In this document: positions 1 through 9,527 of the stretch, piece by piece
Position numbering within the stretch: the first letter of the stretch is position 1
How the letters are laid out: the number at the start of each line of letters is the position of its first letter
NCBI RefSeq assembly: GCF_001945605.1
Contig: NZ_MPKA01000044.1
Span: forward strand, 30,001-62,000
Reading direction: 5' to 3'
Length of the DNA stretch: 32,000 nt
From: Dubosiella newyorkensis
GTDB taxonomy: Bacteria > Bacillota_I > Bacilli_A > Erysipelotrichales > Erysipelotrichaceae
The notes under the pieces: model-generated
What the model saw: the letters and a program-made list of their open reading frames with translations, nothing else
The model's database searches: none
Told to the model about the DNA's origin: nothing
Program-made: the position numbers and the translations under genes

Positions 1-51
1 CTCATCAAAAGAGGTCGGCCGATATTTACGATATAACGCTTGATAGGACAT
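1..51 (-). CDS. dnaX: DNA polymerase III subunit gamma/tau, first 17 codons only (gene runs off the left edge)
   Basis: The reverse complement of 1..51 reads MSYQALYRKYRPTSFDE, the conserved DnaX N-terminus (compare B. subtilis MSYQALYRVFRPQRFED). A purine-rich SD (AAAGGGGGA) lies a few nt upstream. The tadA-dnaX neighbourhood matches Bacillus. Confidence 0.7.
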   Translation of the reverse strand, partial: MSYQALYRKYRPTSFDE

Positions 52-103
52 GAATAGATCCCCCTTTTTCAATTCGTATTTAAAGTATATCACGCATCTA
101 TCT

Positions 104-131
104 AAAAAAAATGTTCTCCATCGAGGAGAAC
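104..131 (-). terminator. Rho-independent terminator downstream of tadA
   Basis: A 7-bp stem (GTTCTCC 113..119 pairing with GGAGAAC 125..131) has a 5-nt loop. On the minus strand it is followed by a T8 run (plus-strand A8 at 104..111). It sits 3 nt after the tadA stop codon. Confidence 0.75.
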
Positions 132-133
132 GA

Positions 134-604
134 TCATAAGCGATTCTTCTTTTTTTCTTTTCGCTTCTGCCTAAAAAAATCTTTGAGAAGCTGAGCGCAT
201 TCCTCTTCGAGGATGCCCCCGTGTACTTCAGGATAATGATTAAATCCTTTCACGTGAAAAAGATCAGTGCAAGAACCTGCGCATCCTCCTTTCGGATCAT
301 AGGCTCCAAACGTCACTGAACGAATTCTCGATAAAATGATCGCTCCGGCGCACATAGGACAAGGTTCTAGAGTCACATAAAGATCACAATCTTCTAGTCG
401 CCAAGTTTTAAGCTTCTTGCACGCCCTTTCGATCGCGATCAATTCTGCGTGTTTTGTCGCGATCTGCTGACTCTCTCTTAAATTATGAGCGCGAGCGATG
501 ATCTTGCCATCCCTTACGATCACACATCCGATCGGTACTTCGTTTTTTTTCATCGCCACTTTTGCTTGCAAGATTGCTTTTTTCATCCAATCTATTTCAT
601 TCAT
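134..604 (-). CDS. tadA: tRNA-specific adenosine deaminase
   Basis: This 156-aa ORF carries the CMP/dCMP deaminase zinc motifs HAELIAIE and TLEPCPMCAGAI. Its size and its position next to dnaX are typical of TadA. Confidence 0.9.
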   Translation of the reverse strand: MNEIDWMKKAILQAKVAMKKNEVPIGCVIVRDGKIIARAHNLRESQQIATKHAELIAIERACKKLKTWRLEDCDLYVTLEPCPMCAGAIILSRIRSVTFGAYDPKGGCAGSCTDLFHVKGFNHYPEVHGGILEEECAQLLKDFFRQKRKEKKKNRL

Positions 605-740
605 GCTCCCATTCTACCATAAAAGAAGATCCTCGCTCTTTCTTGTATTCATTTTGTGCATGCTTACATATAGAAAAGAACGATTACACAGGGAAATAAA
701 GAATCCATATCATAACCGTGTAAGCAGAAAGGAAATTCTT

Positions 741-1744
741 ATGAAGCAAAAAAAATCTACCACTTATAATGTTTGTTTTCATTATCATGAATTTCATCAT
801 TTCCTTATCAGGAATACTGTTTAACGGCATTCTTGACCAACAACTTTCAAATCTTATTGTTTGCTCGTTTTATGGCTGGATTGTTTGGAACCGCATATGG
901 TGTGATTGCCACAACGACTATCGCATCGCTATCCTCTAATAAGAATGTCGGAAGAAACATCGCTTTGTTGATTTCTGGCGCTTCCGCAGCGCTTATGATC
1001 GGTATTCCCCTATGCCGAATCTTGATTGAATACTTTTCATGGCAGATGATCTATCTTGTTTTAGTCATCTTGATGGGAGGAGGTTTGTTGGCTTATACGA
1101 TCTTATTGCCAGAATCAAAAACAAATACCGTGAAAATCGATCTGAACAAAGAATGGAAGCTGCTCACAACTCCAAAAGTATGGAGTATCATTCTTGCTTC
1201 TTTCATCGTCTTTGTTGGATATGGAGCTTTTTATACGTATCTTACACCATATCTCATTGAATTATTCCCACAAATCGAACCATACACAAGTGGAATCCTT
1301 GTATTTGTAGGAGCTTGCGCTTTGATTGGAAATTCAATCAGCGGATATATCTGTGATCGGATCGGCTTTGCGCGCGCTTTATTGTATGGAACAGAGTTGC
1401 AGATTCTTGTTGGCTTTCTAATCTTCATAACCCAAAACAACATGGTGGTCAATATTTTATACGTATTTTTATGGATGATCACAGGATGGTTTATCGGTCT
1501 TCAGCTCAATACAGGAATTAATGTTGTAAGCCAAAAACGCTCCAACTTCATCGTTTCCTTATCTGGATCAATCATTCAGTTTTCGCAAGCCGTTGGCTCC
1601 TCGATTTCAGCAATCGTGATCAATCAATTCGGCATGTCAATGATCATCTTCATTTCCATGATCACTTCTCTTCTATGCGTGATCTTTTGTCTTTTACAAA
1701 CCATTCAAAAACAAGCAGCAATAATAACATCCGAAAATATCTAA
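741..1744 (+). pseudogene. MFS transporter, apparently decayed (frameshift in an A8 tract plus an internal deletion); the intact part is the 303-aa ORF 833..1744
   Basis: ATG 741 has an SD (AAAGGAA) and encodes MKQKK before running into an early stop. The next frame, from 754, reads NLPLIMFVFIIMNFIISLSGILFNGILDQ, a typical MFS TM1. The long ORF in a third frame starts at LLFARFMAGLFG (TM4-like) and contains the second-half motif GYICDRIGFARA. TM2-TM3 and the first-half motif A (G-x-x-x-D-R-x-G-R-K/R) are missing. Confidence 0.5.
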
Positions 1745-1750
1745 AACAAA

Positions 1751-1779
1751 GAGGAAAGATCCAATCCAGATCCTTCCTC
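1751..1779 (+). terminator. Hairpin after the MFS ORF (weak terminator)
   Basis: GAGGAAAGATC (1751..1761) pairs with GATCCTTCCTC (1769..1779) with one mismatch and a 7-nt loop. The following T tract (TTAATTG) is poor. Confidence 0.35.
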
Positions 1780-1791
1780 TTAATTGTATAA

Positions 1792-1876
1792 AAAAACTAC
1801 TACACATACGGGAGCTTACTTAGGGCTGCTTCATTCCTGACCTGACCCGATTCATAAGATCGTATTGTAGTAGCTT
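1792..1876 (-). ncRNA. ffs: Signal recognition particle RNA, small (4.5S-like) type
   Basis: The minus strand reads CTACTACAATACGATCTTATGAATCGGGTCAGGTCAGGAATGAAGCAGCCCTAAGTAAGCTCCCGTATGTGTAGTAGTTTTTTT. It contains the conserved SRP domain IV core GGUCAGGUC-A-GGAA-U-GAAGCAGCC, including the GGAA tetraloop (compare E. coli 4.5S GGUCAGGUCCGGAAGGAAGCAGCC). The ends pair (CTACTACA..TACG with CGTA..TGTAGTAG), and a T7 run follows. Confidence 0.8.
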
Positions 1877-1880
1877 AAAT

Positions 1881-1909
1881 ATAATAGCAAAATCGCTCTA
1901 AAAAGTCAA
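1881..1909 (-). promoter_or_regulatory. Sigma-A type promoter for ffs
   Basis: On the minus strand a -35 TTGACT (1904..1909) is followed by a 17-nt spacer and a -10 TATTAT (1881..1886). The predicted start lies about 7 nt downstream, at the 5' end of the SRP RNA terminal helix. Confidence 0.6.
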
Positions 1910-1916
1910 ACGAGAA

Positions 1917-3206
1917 CTAGCGAACCAGTTTTAGCTCCTCTGTACCTCCCATATAAGGACGAAGCACTTCCGGGATCTTCACCGTACCATCCTCCTGCAA
2001 ATTGTTTTCTAAGAAGGCGATCAACATACGAGGTGGAGCGACACAGGTGTTGTTTAACGTATGAGCAAAATATTTATTGCCCTTATCATCTTTAACGCGG
2101 ATCTTCAATCGACGAGCTTGGGCATCCGTTAAATTCGAACAGCTTCCCACTTCAAAGTATTTTTGTTGGCGAGGAGACCAAGCCTCCACATCGACCGACT
2201 TACATTTCAAATCTGCCAGATCACCAGAACAGCATTCTAAAGTGCGGACAGGAATATCCATCGAACGGAAAAACTCCACCGTATTCATATACATCTTTTT
2301 AAACCAATCCATTGATTCTTCTGGTTTACATACAACGATCATTTCTTGTTTTTCAAATTGATGGATCCGATAGACTCCACGCTCTTCAATGCCATGCGCT
2401 CCCTTTTCCTTTCTAAAACAAGGAGAATAGGAAGTATAGGTATAAGGAAGAGCTTTTTCATCTAAGATCGTATCAATAAATTTACCGATCATCGAGTGTT
2501 CGCTCGTTCCGATCAAATAGAGATCTTCGCCCTCGATCTTATACATCATTCCTTCCATTTCCGCAAAGGACATGACACCCGTCACGACATTCGAACGAAT
2601 CATATAAGGAGGAATGACATACGTGAATCCTTTATTGATCATAAAATCTCTTGCGTACGATAAGATCGAAGAATGCAAGCGCGCAATATCACCCATTAAA
2701 TAATAGAAGCCGTTGCCAGCCACTTTTCTTGCCGCATCCAAATCGATCCCATTAAACCGCTCCATGATTTCTGTATGGTAAGGAATCTCAAAATCAGGAA
2801 CGACAGGTTCTCCAAAACGTTCCAATTCCACATTCTCTGAATCATCTTTTCCAATCGGCACTGTTACATCGATCATATTCGGGATCTGCATCATTTTTTC
2901 TAAAACCGATTGACGAAGCGCGTCTTCTCTTTTAGAAAGCGTCTCAAGATCTTCAGCGATCTTAGCCACTTGAGATTTGACTTCAGCCGCTTCTTCTTTT
3001 TTTCCTTGTGACATGAGCTTGCCGATCTCTTTCGAAATCGACTTGCGCTGATTCCGTAAAGAATCCGCCTGCTGCTGTGTCGCGCGCAGTTCTTGATCTT
3101 CTTCGATCACTTCGTCAACTAAATGAAGCTTATGATCCTGGAATTTTTTACGAATGTTCTCTTTCACAAGATCTGGGTTTTCTCGTACAAATTTAATATC
3201 TAGCAT
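1917..3206 (-). CDS. serS: Seryl-tRNA synthetase
   Basis: The 429-aa protein starts MLDIKFVRENPDLVKENIRKKF, the canonical SerRS N-terminus, followed by a coiled-coil arm and a class II core. An AGGAGG SD lies 4 nt upstream of ATG 3206. The ORF-track extension to 3350 runs through the T-box leader and is not coding. Confidence 0.95.
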   Translation of the reverse strand: MLDIKFVRENPDLVKENIRKKFQDHKLHLVDEVIEEDQELRATQQQADSLRNQRKSISKEIGKLMSQGKKEEAAEVKSQVAKIAEDLETLSKREDALRQSVLEKMMQIPNMIDVTVPIGKDDSENVELERFGEPVVPDFEIPYHTEIMERFNGIDLDAARKVAGNGFYYLMGDIARLHSSILSYARDFMINKGFTYVIPPYMIRSNVVTGVMSFAEMEGMMYKIEGEDLYLIGTSEHSMIGKFIDTILDEKALPYTYTSYSPCFRKEKGAHGIEERGVYRIHQFEKQEMIVVCKPEESMDWFKKMYMNTVEFFRSMDIPVRTLECCSGDLADLKCKSVDVEAWSPRQQKYFEVGSCSNLTDAQARRLKIRVKDDKGNKYFAHTLNNTCVAPPRMLIAFLENNLQEDGTVKIPEVLRPYMGGTEELKLVR

Positions 3207-3216
3207 ATGACCTCCT

Positions 3217-3483
3217 AAAAAAAAGACCTTCGTCAAGGGACGAAGATCTTCGCGGTACCACCCTTTTTCGTTTTCATCCTCAATGAAAACCTCTTCCATG
3301 ATAACGGTTTGGCTCCGGATCCTATTACTGATTTTCATAGGATCGCTCACAGGGGCTGCTTATAACGTTTCGTCGATGCTTCCACCAGCCGCATCGTCTC
3401 TATGAATCGAAATGGCGTTATAAAAAACCTGTTCTACGCTTTTTTTTATTTTATGACTCTTCCGATCACAGGCTTGCGATCGA
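3217..3483 (-). promoter_or_regulatory. T-box riboswitch leader controlling serS
   Basis: The minus strand contains the T-box sequence AAAGGGTGGTACCGCGAAG (plus strand 3251..3267). This overlaps the 5' arm of a terminator, GAUCUUCGUC-CCUU-GACGAAGGUC followed by U8 (3217..3248). Stem I-like elements upstream include GATCGC...GCGATC base pairing, AGAGTC and ATAGAGA motifs, and GGTGGAA. The candidate specifier is AGC followed by A (minus strand 3360..3358). Confidence 0.8.
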
Positions 3484-3535
3484 CTTCTATCTAACGATAG
3501 AGAAGAATAGCCACCTCCCCAATTGATTTGGTTTA

Positions 3536-3564
3536 ATTTTACATCTATTCAAGATAAAAGTTAA
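3536..3564 (-). promoter_or_regulatory. Candidate promoter for the serS leader
   Basis: On the minus strand TTAACT (3559..3564) is followed by a 17-nt spacer and TAAAAT (3536..3541), just downstream of the gyrA stop. The -35 match is only moderate. Confidence 0.35.
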
Positions 3565-3577
3565 GCAAAAATTATAC

Positions 3578-6163
3578 TTACGAATTTGCGATCTCTTCCT
3601 CTTCGACATTCATCTGTCCATCTGGATCGGATTCTACAGCGAACTTTTCTTCGATTCCTTGATCATCCACCACATCGATTTCCTCGATCTCTTCTTCATC
3701 GTGATTGACCAATGTGATCTTATTCACCTTCGCTCCTTCGTCTAAATTGATGAGCTTGATTCCTTGTGTATTTCGTCCATACACACCAATATCAGCAAGA
3801 TGGATCCGGATCATGATTCCTGTGCTCGAGACGATCAACGCATCCTCATCCCCATGGACCGACAACAAAGAAACAAGATCACCCGTTTTTTCCGTGATCC
3901 GAAGCGCGCGTACACCTTTTTTACCTCGCGCCGTTTTTCTGAAATCCGCAAACGAAGAACGCTTGCCATATCCATTTTCCGAAACGCAAAGAACCGTATC
4001 TCCTTCGTGGGACAGCGCGACACCAACAACTTGACCACCATCGGTATTGAATCCAAGAACACCAGCCGCCGTTCTGCCACTCATACGAATTTGCGATTCA
4101 TCAAAACGCACCGCTTTTCCATTGTTGCCCGCGATAATGATCTCATCCGAGCCTGTTGTCGCTTTGACATATTTCAATTCATCATCATCTTTGAGCGTGA
4201 TCGCGATCTTGCCATTCCGATTGATCGTATCGAACTCCTTGACACTTGTTCGTTTTACGATCCCATTTTTGGTTACGAACAACAAGCTTTCAAATCCGTC
4301 TTTATCTTCTGGGACCGCAAGGAGCGTCTGAACTTTTTCATCCGGTTGCAGCTCGACGATATTCACGATCGGTAGTCCTTTCGCTGTCCTGGAAGCATTC
4401 GGGATGTTATAGCCTTTGATTCGATAGACACGCCCTAAATTCGTAAACAAAAGAAGCGGATTATGCGTGTTCATGCTCAACAGCGTATCGACTTGATCTT
4501 CCTCGTTGAGTGTCACCGACTTGATTCCTTTGCCCCCACGATTTTGAGCATGATAGGTGTCGACTGGTTGCCTTTTGATATAACCCGATTCTGTCAACGT
4601 GATAATGATATCTTCACGAGGAATCAGATCTTCATCTTCCATATCCACATACGATTCCGATATCTCCGTACGACGAGCATCACCATACCTTCGATCCATC
4701 TCTTCGAGATCCTCTTTGATGATCTGCAAGACACGATCGTGATTTGCTAAAATATCCTCGAGATCCGCGATCGTTTCTAGAAGCGTCTGGTATTCATTCT
4801 CGATCTTTTCGCGTTCCAAACCAGAAAGGCGCCGAAGTTGCATCGCTAAGATCGCCCGAGCCTGGATCTGCGTAAAACCAAAGGCTTCACACAGATCGGC
4901 ATTCAAACCATTCTCGTCTTTATGCGAACTGCGAATCATATGAATGACTTCATCCAAATGATCGAGCGCGATCCGCAATCCTTCTAAAATATGCGCTCTC
5001 TCTTTCGCTTTCTTTAAATCATATTTTGTTTTCCGAACGATCACATCCACTTGATGATCGATATAATCGACAATGATCTCCTTTAAAGAAAGCTGCTTTG
5101 GCCGGCCTCTTTCCAAAGCGAGCATATTGATCCCAAAAGAAGACTGCAAAGGCGTCAATCTGAATAGCTGATTCAAAATCACATCCTCTTGAGCGTCCTT
5201 TTTAAGCTCCATTACGATCCGCACCCCTTCACGATTGCTTTCGTCGTTCAAATACGTTATGCCTTGGATCGCTTTATCTTTGATCAATGTCGCCATTTTG
5301 GCAAGCAAATTCGCTTTATTCACAGAATAAGGAATCTCATAAAAGATGATCCTTTTTCTTCCTTGCGATAATTCCTCTACACGATATTTCGAACGGATCA
5401 TGATCGAACCACGACCCGTTTCATACGCTTGACGGATCCCTTTTCTTCCTAAGATGATCCCGCCCGTTGGAAAATCCGGACCTTTGATATGTTCCATCAA
5501 TTCCGGAACCGTGATATCTGGATCCTCCATTACCGCGTCGATCGCCTTGACTGTCTCGCTTAAATTATGCGGAGGAATGTTCGTCGCCATCCCGACGGCG
5601 ATCCCCATCGCTCCATTCAACAATAAATTCGGGATCCGAGAAGGAAGGACATCCGGCTCTTCTCCATCTGAATCATAGGTCGGCGAAAAGTCGACCGTTT
5701 CCTTATTGATATCGGCAACCATTTCCATCGAGATCTTCGACATGCGCGCCTCGGTATATCGCATGGCCGCGGCCCCATCTCCATCCAAGGAACCAAAGTT
5801 TCCATGCCCGTCCACGAGCGGATAACGATAGGAAAAATCTTGCGCCATTCGAACCATCGCGTCATAGACAGCCGTATCTCCATGCGGATGATATTTACCA
5901 ATGACATCGCCGACGATACGCGCGCTTTTTTTATGCGCTGTATTGGCTGTCATATTCAATGTGTTCATCGCATAAAGAATACGACGATGAACAGGCTTGA
6001 GGCCATCGCGAACATCGGGAAGAGCCCGCTGCACGATGACAGACATCGAATAATCAAGAAATGATTCTTTCATTTCTTTTGAGATTTCGACATCCTCGAT
6101 CACATCGTGTCCGCGTTCTCCTTGATTTTCTAATTCTTCTGTATTCTTTTCTGGCATGTTCAT
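3578..6163 (-). CDS. gyrA: DNA gyrase subunit A
   Basis: The 861-aa protein has the GyrA signature [20 protein letters not shown] and the active-site region [10 protein letters not shown]. Beta-pinwheel repeats fill the C-terminal domain, and the C-terminal tail is acidic. A GGAG SD lies upstream of ATG 6163. Confidence 0.97.
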   Translation of the reverse strand: MNMPEKNTEELENQGERGHDVIEDVEISKEMKESFLDYSMSVIVQRALPDVRDGLKPVHRRILYAMNTLNMTANTAHKKSARIVGDVIGKYHPHGDTAVYDAMVRMAQDFSYRYPLVDGHGNFGSLDGDGAAAMRYTEARMSKISMEMVADINKETVDFSPTYDSDGEEPDVLPSRIPNLLLNGAMGIAVGMATNIPPHNLSETVKAIDAVMEDPDITVPELMEHIKGPDFPTGGIILGRKGIRQAYETGRGSIMIRSKYRVEELSQGRKRIIFYEIPYSVNKANLLAKMATLIKDKAIQGITYLNDESNREGVRIVMELKKDAQEDVILNQLFRLTPLQSSFGINMLALERGRPKQLSLKEIIVDYIDHQVDVIVRKTKYDLKKAKERAHILEGLRIALDHLDEVIHMIRSSHKDENGLNADLCEAFGFTQIQARAILAMQLRRLSGLEREKIENEYQTLLETIADLEDILANHDRVLQIIKEDLEEMDRRYGDARRTEISESYVDMEDEDLIPREDIIITLTESGYIKRQPVDTYHAQNRGGKGIKSVTLNEEDQVDTLLSMNTHNPLLLFTNLGRVYRIKGYNIPNASRTAKGLPIVNIVELQPDEKVQTLLAVPEDKDGFESLLFVTKNGIVKRTSVKEFDTINRNGKIAITLKDDDELKYVKATTGSDEIIIAGNNGKAVRFDESQIRMSGRTAAGVLGFNTDGGQVVGVALSHEGDTVLCVSENGYGKRSSFADFRKTARGKKGVRALRITEKTGDLVSLLSVHGDEDALIVSSTGIMIRIHLADIGVYGRNTQGIKLINLDEGAKVNKITLVNHDEEEIEEIDVVDDQGIEEKFAVESDPDGQMNVEEEEIANS

Positions 6164-6169
6164 TCACTC

Positions 6170-8134
6170 CTATAGATCCAAATTCGCATACGTCGCATTT
6201 TCTTGAATAAACTCTCTACGTGGATCGACATCTTCTCCCATCAGCATATCGAACACCGCATCGGCTTCCATAGCATCCTCGATCGTGACCCGCTTCAAGA
6301 TCCGATTGGCCGGATCCATCGTCGTTTCCCATAGCTGCTCGGCATCCATTTCACCGAGTCCTTTATAACGCTGCACTTTGTATCCTTCTTTAAATTCATC
6401 ACGAAGCTGATCCATCTCTTGTTCTTTATACGCATAAGCCACCTTCTTCCCCTTCTGGACTTTATAAAGAGGAGGCTGGGCCAAATACACATATCCGCCC
6501 TCGACGACTGGTTTCATGAACCGATATAAGAACGTCAACATCAATGTACTGATATGCGAACCGTCGACATCGGCATCCGTCATTATAATGATCTTATGAT
6601 AACGAAGCTTAGAAAGATCGACATCATCTTGGATCCCGCAACCAAAAGCTGTGATCATGCTTCGTATTTCCGCATTCTCGAAGATCCGATTCGTTCTCGC
6701 TTTTTCAACATTCAAGATCTTTCCTCGAAGCGGCAAGATCGCTTGGGTCTTCGCGTCTCTTCCTTGCTTGGCAGAACCACCCGCCGAGTTCCCCTCGACA
6801 ATATAGATCTCGCATTCGCTAGCATCTTTGCTGGAACAATCTGTCAATTTTCCTGGCAAAGAAGTGATCCCATCCAAAGCGGACTTTCTTCGCGTCAGCT
6901 CACGCGCCTTTTTGGCGGCGATACGGGCTTTAGAAGCGACCATCGCCTTGTCGACGATCGCCTTAGCCACGCTTGGATTTTCCAAAAAGAAACGATGCAT
7001 TTTATCGCCTACGATATTAGAAACGATCTTGCGGACTTCCGAGTTTCCTAATTTTGTTTTTGTTTGCCCTTCATATTGAGGGTCTGGATGCTTGATCGAA
7101 ATGATCGCGACCAAACCTTCTTTAACATCCTCTTGGGAAAGACTCTCGTCTTTTTTCAACATATTGTTGTCTTTAGCGTATTTATTGATGATACGTGTCA
7201 AAGCCAAACGGAAGCCTTCTTCATGGAAACCGCCTTCATGCGTATTGATATTGTTGCAGAACGAATAAATATTCGCCTGGTATCCATCGTTATACTGCAA
7301 AGCGACTTCCGCAAAGATCCCATCCTGCAACCCATCCACATAGATCACAGGCTCTGAAATAAGCTGCTTGCCTTTATTCAAATATTCGACATATTCAATG
7401 ATCCCGCCTTTATAATGGTATTCATTGACGCGAGGAGTCTCGCCGCGCTCATCCCTTAAAGTCAGACGGATATCCCGATTCAAGAAAGCTAGCTGACGAA
7501 GTCTTGTATTCAAAATCTCATAATCATAAGTCGTTGTTTCTTTAAAGATCTGCGGATCGGCTTTAAAGCGGACAAGCGATCCGGTTTCATTCGTTTCGCC
7601 AATGACCTTTAATGGCGCCACGGTATGACCGCCATTTTCAAACCGGATCATATAGATTTTTCCATCTTGAAAGATCTTGACTTCCATCCATTCGCTCAAA
7701 GCGTTCACAACGCTCGCTCCTACACCATGCAATCCGCCGGAGACTTTATAAGCACCCCCACCAAATTTACCACCCGCATGAAGGACGGTCATGATCGTCT
7801 CGACCGCACTCAGTCCTGTCTTTTCGTGGATGCCAACAGGCATACCGCGTCCATTGTCTCGCACACTGATCACATTGTCTTTTTCGATCGTCACATCGAT
7901 CTGGTTGGCGAAGCCCGCTAGAGCTTCATCGATTCCATTGTCAACGATCTCCCAAACAAGATGATGAAGTCCACGAGAAGAAGTCGAGCCAATATACATA
8001 CCTGGCCGAAGCCTTACCGCTTCGAGTCCTTCTAATACTTGAATGTCATCAGCTGTATAGGAATGGTCCACAAAAGTGGCTTGGTTTTCCATTTCTTCAA
8101 ATTTCAGCAATTCATCGTTATTCGTTTCGCTCAT
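6170..8134 (-). CDS. gyrB: DNA gyrase subunit B
   Basis: The 654-aa protein has GHKL ATPase motifs ([32 protein letters not shown]) and Toprim motifs ([26 protein letters not shown]). A strong SD (AAAGGAGGAAG) precedes ATG 8134 and lies inside the last codons of recF, giving a 17-nt overlap. Confidence 0.97.
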   Translation of the reverse strand: MSETNNDELLKFEEMENQATFVDHSYTADDIQVLEGLEAVRLRPGMYIGSTSSRGLHHLVWEIVDNGIDEALAGFANQIDVTIEKDNVISVRDNGRGMPVGIHEKTGLSAVETIMTVLHAGGKFGGGAYKVSGGLHGVGASVVNALSEWMEVKIFQDGKIYMIRFENGGHTVAPLKVIGETNETGSLVRFKADPQIFKETTTYDYEILNTRLRQLAFLNRDIRLTLRDERGETPRVNEYHYKGGIIEYVEYLNKGKQLISEPVIYVDGLQDGIFAEVALQYNDGYQANIYSFCNNINTHEGGFHEEGFRLALTRIINKYAKDNNMLKKDESLSQEDVKEGLVAIISIKHPDPQYEGQTKTKLGNSEVRKIVSNIVGDKMHRFFLENPSVAKAIVDKAMVASKARIAAKKARELTRRKSALDGITSLPGKLTDCSSKDASECEIYIVEGNSAGGSAKQGRDAKTQAILPLRGKILNVEKARTNRIFENAEIRSMITAFGCGIQDDVDLSKLRYHKIIIMTDADVDGSHISTLMLTFLYRFMKPVVEGGYVYLAQPPLYKVQKGKKVAYAYKEQEMDQLRDEFKEGYKVQRYKGLGEMDAEQLWETTMDPANRILKRVTIEDAMEADAVFDMLMGEDVDPRREFIQENATYANLDL

Positions 8135-9224
8135 GAACTTCCTCCTTTATCGTTCCATTCTCTATCGTATAAAAAAATACTTTTCGTTTGAACCAGTCTG
8201 TCTGGATCGGTTCAGCGCTCGTTATGAAGATCTGCATCTGCTCAGGAAGCATTTGGATCAATGTCCGTTTGCGCCCTTCATCAAGCTCGCTGAATACATC
8301 GTCCAACAGCAAGATCGGATATTGCCCATCTTTTTCATAGACGATGTGAGCGAGTCCAAGCTTCAAGGAAAGAAGTACGCTTCTTTTTTGACCTTGGCTC
8401 GCGCTCTCTATGACAGGGACGCCATTGAGAGAAAAAATAAAATCATCTTTATGGATCCCCAATTGGGTCGTTTTATAAAACAGATCCTTTGAAAGGGAAG
8501 TCGCGTAAGCTTCCTTCAAGGACTGCTCTAGATTTTCGTCGATGGGTACGAATGTTTTATAGACCGCATCCATCACTTCTTTTCCATCATCAAAAAAAGG
8601 ATAAAGCGATTGGGATTTTTCGATCAAGTCTTTCAAAAACGCATGTCGCTGCTTGATAATGATCTTTTCATCCTCGATCATCTGATCGGTATATACTTGA
8701 ATGAGCGCGCGATCGACCGGCGTGCTCTTCAAAGCCAAGTTTCGATCTTTCAAGAGCTTTTGATAATGCGAAAGGGTTGCTGTATAGGTCTTGGAAAGCT
8801 TGATCAATTCTGTGTCGATAAACTTGCGTCGCTGACTTGGAGCGCCAGCAAAAAGCATCAAGTCGTCGGGGCAAAACAAGATCGCGTTGAGCGAGCCAAC
8901 AAAAGAAGAATACGTAGAGACGGGCTGTCCAAACCGAAAAAGCTGTTTTTTATGCTCTGAAAGAACGACTTTTAGATCTTCCGTTCTTTCTTTCGATTCG
9001 ATCTGCGCTTCGATCATCATCATTTCTTCATCGTGCTTGATCATGAGATTCGGTTTGCTCGTTCGAAAAGAGCGCAGCAGCGATAAAAAATAGATCGCTT
9101 CTACGACATTGGTCTTGCCTTGCGCGTTGTTTCCACGCAAGATATGGATCCCATTTTCTTCAAAAGAAAAAGAAGCCTTGTCATAATTTCGAAAATGATA
9201 GAACTTCAGTTTTCTAATATTCAT
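8118..9224 (-). CDS. recF: DNA replication and repair protein RecF
   Basis: The 368-aa protein starts [14 protein letters not shown] and has the Walker A motif [14 protein letters not shown] and the Walker B motif [11 protein letters not shown]. The gene order is the conserved dnaN-yaaA-recF-gyrB. Its ATGA start overlaps the yaaA stop. Confidence 0.95.
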   Translation of the reverse strand: MNIRKLKFYHFRNYDKASFSFEENGIHILRGNNAQGKTNVVEAIYFLSLLRSFRTSKPNLMIKHDEEMMMIEAQIESKERTEDLKVVLSEHKKQLFRFGQPVSTYSSFVGSLNAILFCPDDLMLFAGAPSQRRKFIDTELIKLSKTYTATLSHYQKLLKDRNLALKSTPVDRALIQVYTDQMIEDEKIIIKQRHAFLKDLIEKSQSLYPFFDDGKEVMDAVYKTFVPIDENLEQSLKEAYATSLSKDLFYKTTQLGIHKDDFIFSLNGVPVIESASQGQKRSVLLSLKLGLAHIVYEKDGQYPILLLDDVFSELDEGRKRTLIQMLPEQMQIFITSAEPIQTDWFKRKVFFYTIENGTIKEEVHERNE

Positions 9225-9424
9225 TCGACTTCGATCCTAATTCCATCGGCTTCGACAACATCCCCTGCATAAATCTTTTTTCCACGTCGATCTTCTTTTT
9301 CTCCATTGAGAAAAACAGGACAGTTCGCTAAAAAATATTTCACTTCACCGCCACTTGAAACGACATCACAGGCTTTTAAAAGTTGCCCCAAAGCGATGTA
9401 ATCATTCGTCAATTTAAATTTCAT
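9221..9424 (-). CDS. yaaA: S4-domain RNA-binding protein, YaaA family
   Basis: The 67-aa protein reads MKFKLTNDYIALGQLLKACDVVSSGGEVKYFL...NGEKEDRRGKKIYAGDVV. Its position between dnaN and recF matches B. subtilis yaaA. An AAAGGAG SD precedes ATG 9424, and the upstream ATG at 9439 has none. Confidence 0.8.
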   Translation of the reverse strand: MKFKLTNDYIALGQLLKACDVVSSGGEVKYFLANCPVFLNGEKEDRRGKKIYAGDVVEADGIRIEVE

Positions 9425-9447
9425 ACAGTCTCCTTTCAATGTAATAC

Positions 9448-9456
9448 ATTATAGCA
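9448..9456 (-). promoter_or_regulatory. Extended -10 element (TGcTATAAT) of a candidate yaaA-recF promoter
   Basis: The minus strand reads GTGCTATAAT about 25 nt upstream of the yaaA start. The -35 is poor, and a second TGgTAAAAT element lies just upstream. Confidence 0.45.
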
Positions 9457-9494
9457 CAAAATCAAACATTTTACCATAATCCCTATTTGAATAC

Positions 9495-9527
9495 AAGAAA
9501 AAAGGAAGCACATTACGTGGCTTCCTT
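9495..9527 (-). terminator. Rho-independent terminator after dnaN
   Basis: AAGGAAGC (9502..9509) pairs with GCTTCCTT (9520..9527), with a T run following on the minus strand. The hairpin overlaps the dnaN stop codon by 2 nt. Confidence 0.7.

Noticed and set aside
246-261. A parS-like palindrome, CCTTTCACGTGAAAAA, has the 12-bp core TTTCACGTGAAA inside tadA.
   Set aside because: Only 12 of 16 positions match the Bacillus parS consensus TGTTNCACGTGAAACA, and the four outer positions all mismatch. The palindrome is explained by the codons for FHVK in TadA. No second copy occurs in the window.
498-824. A 108-aa ORF spans the tadA start region and the MFS upstream region.
   Set aside because: Its first half is antisense to tadA. 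Only its last about 28 codons (MKQKKSTT...) seem meaningful, as the remnant start of the decayed MFS gene.
3207-3350. The ORF track gives N-terminal extensions of serS (to 3350), dnaN (to 10791), the HD-domain gene (from 19009), yaaA (to 9439) and tagG, tagH and tagD (GTG or TTG starts).
   Set aside because: The extensions cross a T-box leader, the origin spacer or an upstream gene. Internal ATGs give canonical N-termini and are preceded by good SD sequences.
3764-4375. Long antisense ORFs lie opposite housekeeping genes: 203 aa opposite gyrA, 165 aa at 6554..7051 opposite gyrB, 167 aa at 24308..24811 opposite tagH/tagD, 148 aa at 14622..15068 and 129 aa at 16877..17266.
   Set aside because: Their translations are low-complexity and rich in R, S, F and I with no recognisable motifs, and they have no SD. 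They fully overlap genes with unambiguous homology. This is the typical shadow-frame artefact of codon bias.
4641-4649. Near-canonical DnaA boxes occur inside coding regions, for example ATATCCACA at 4641..4649 in gyrA and CCATCCACA near 7331 in gyrB.
   Set aside because: These are isolated single 7-8/9 matches inside conserved genes, at about the frequency expected by chance. They are not clustered and not at the origin.
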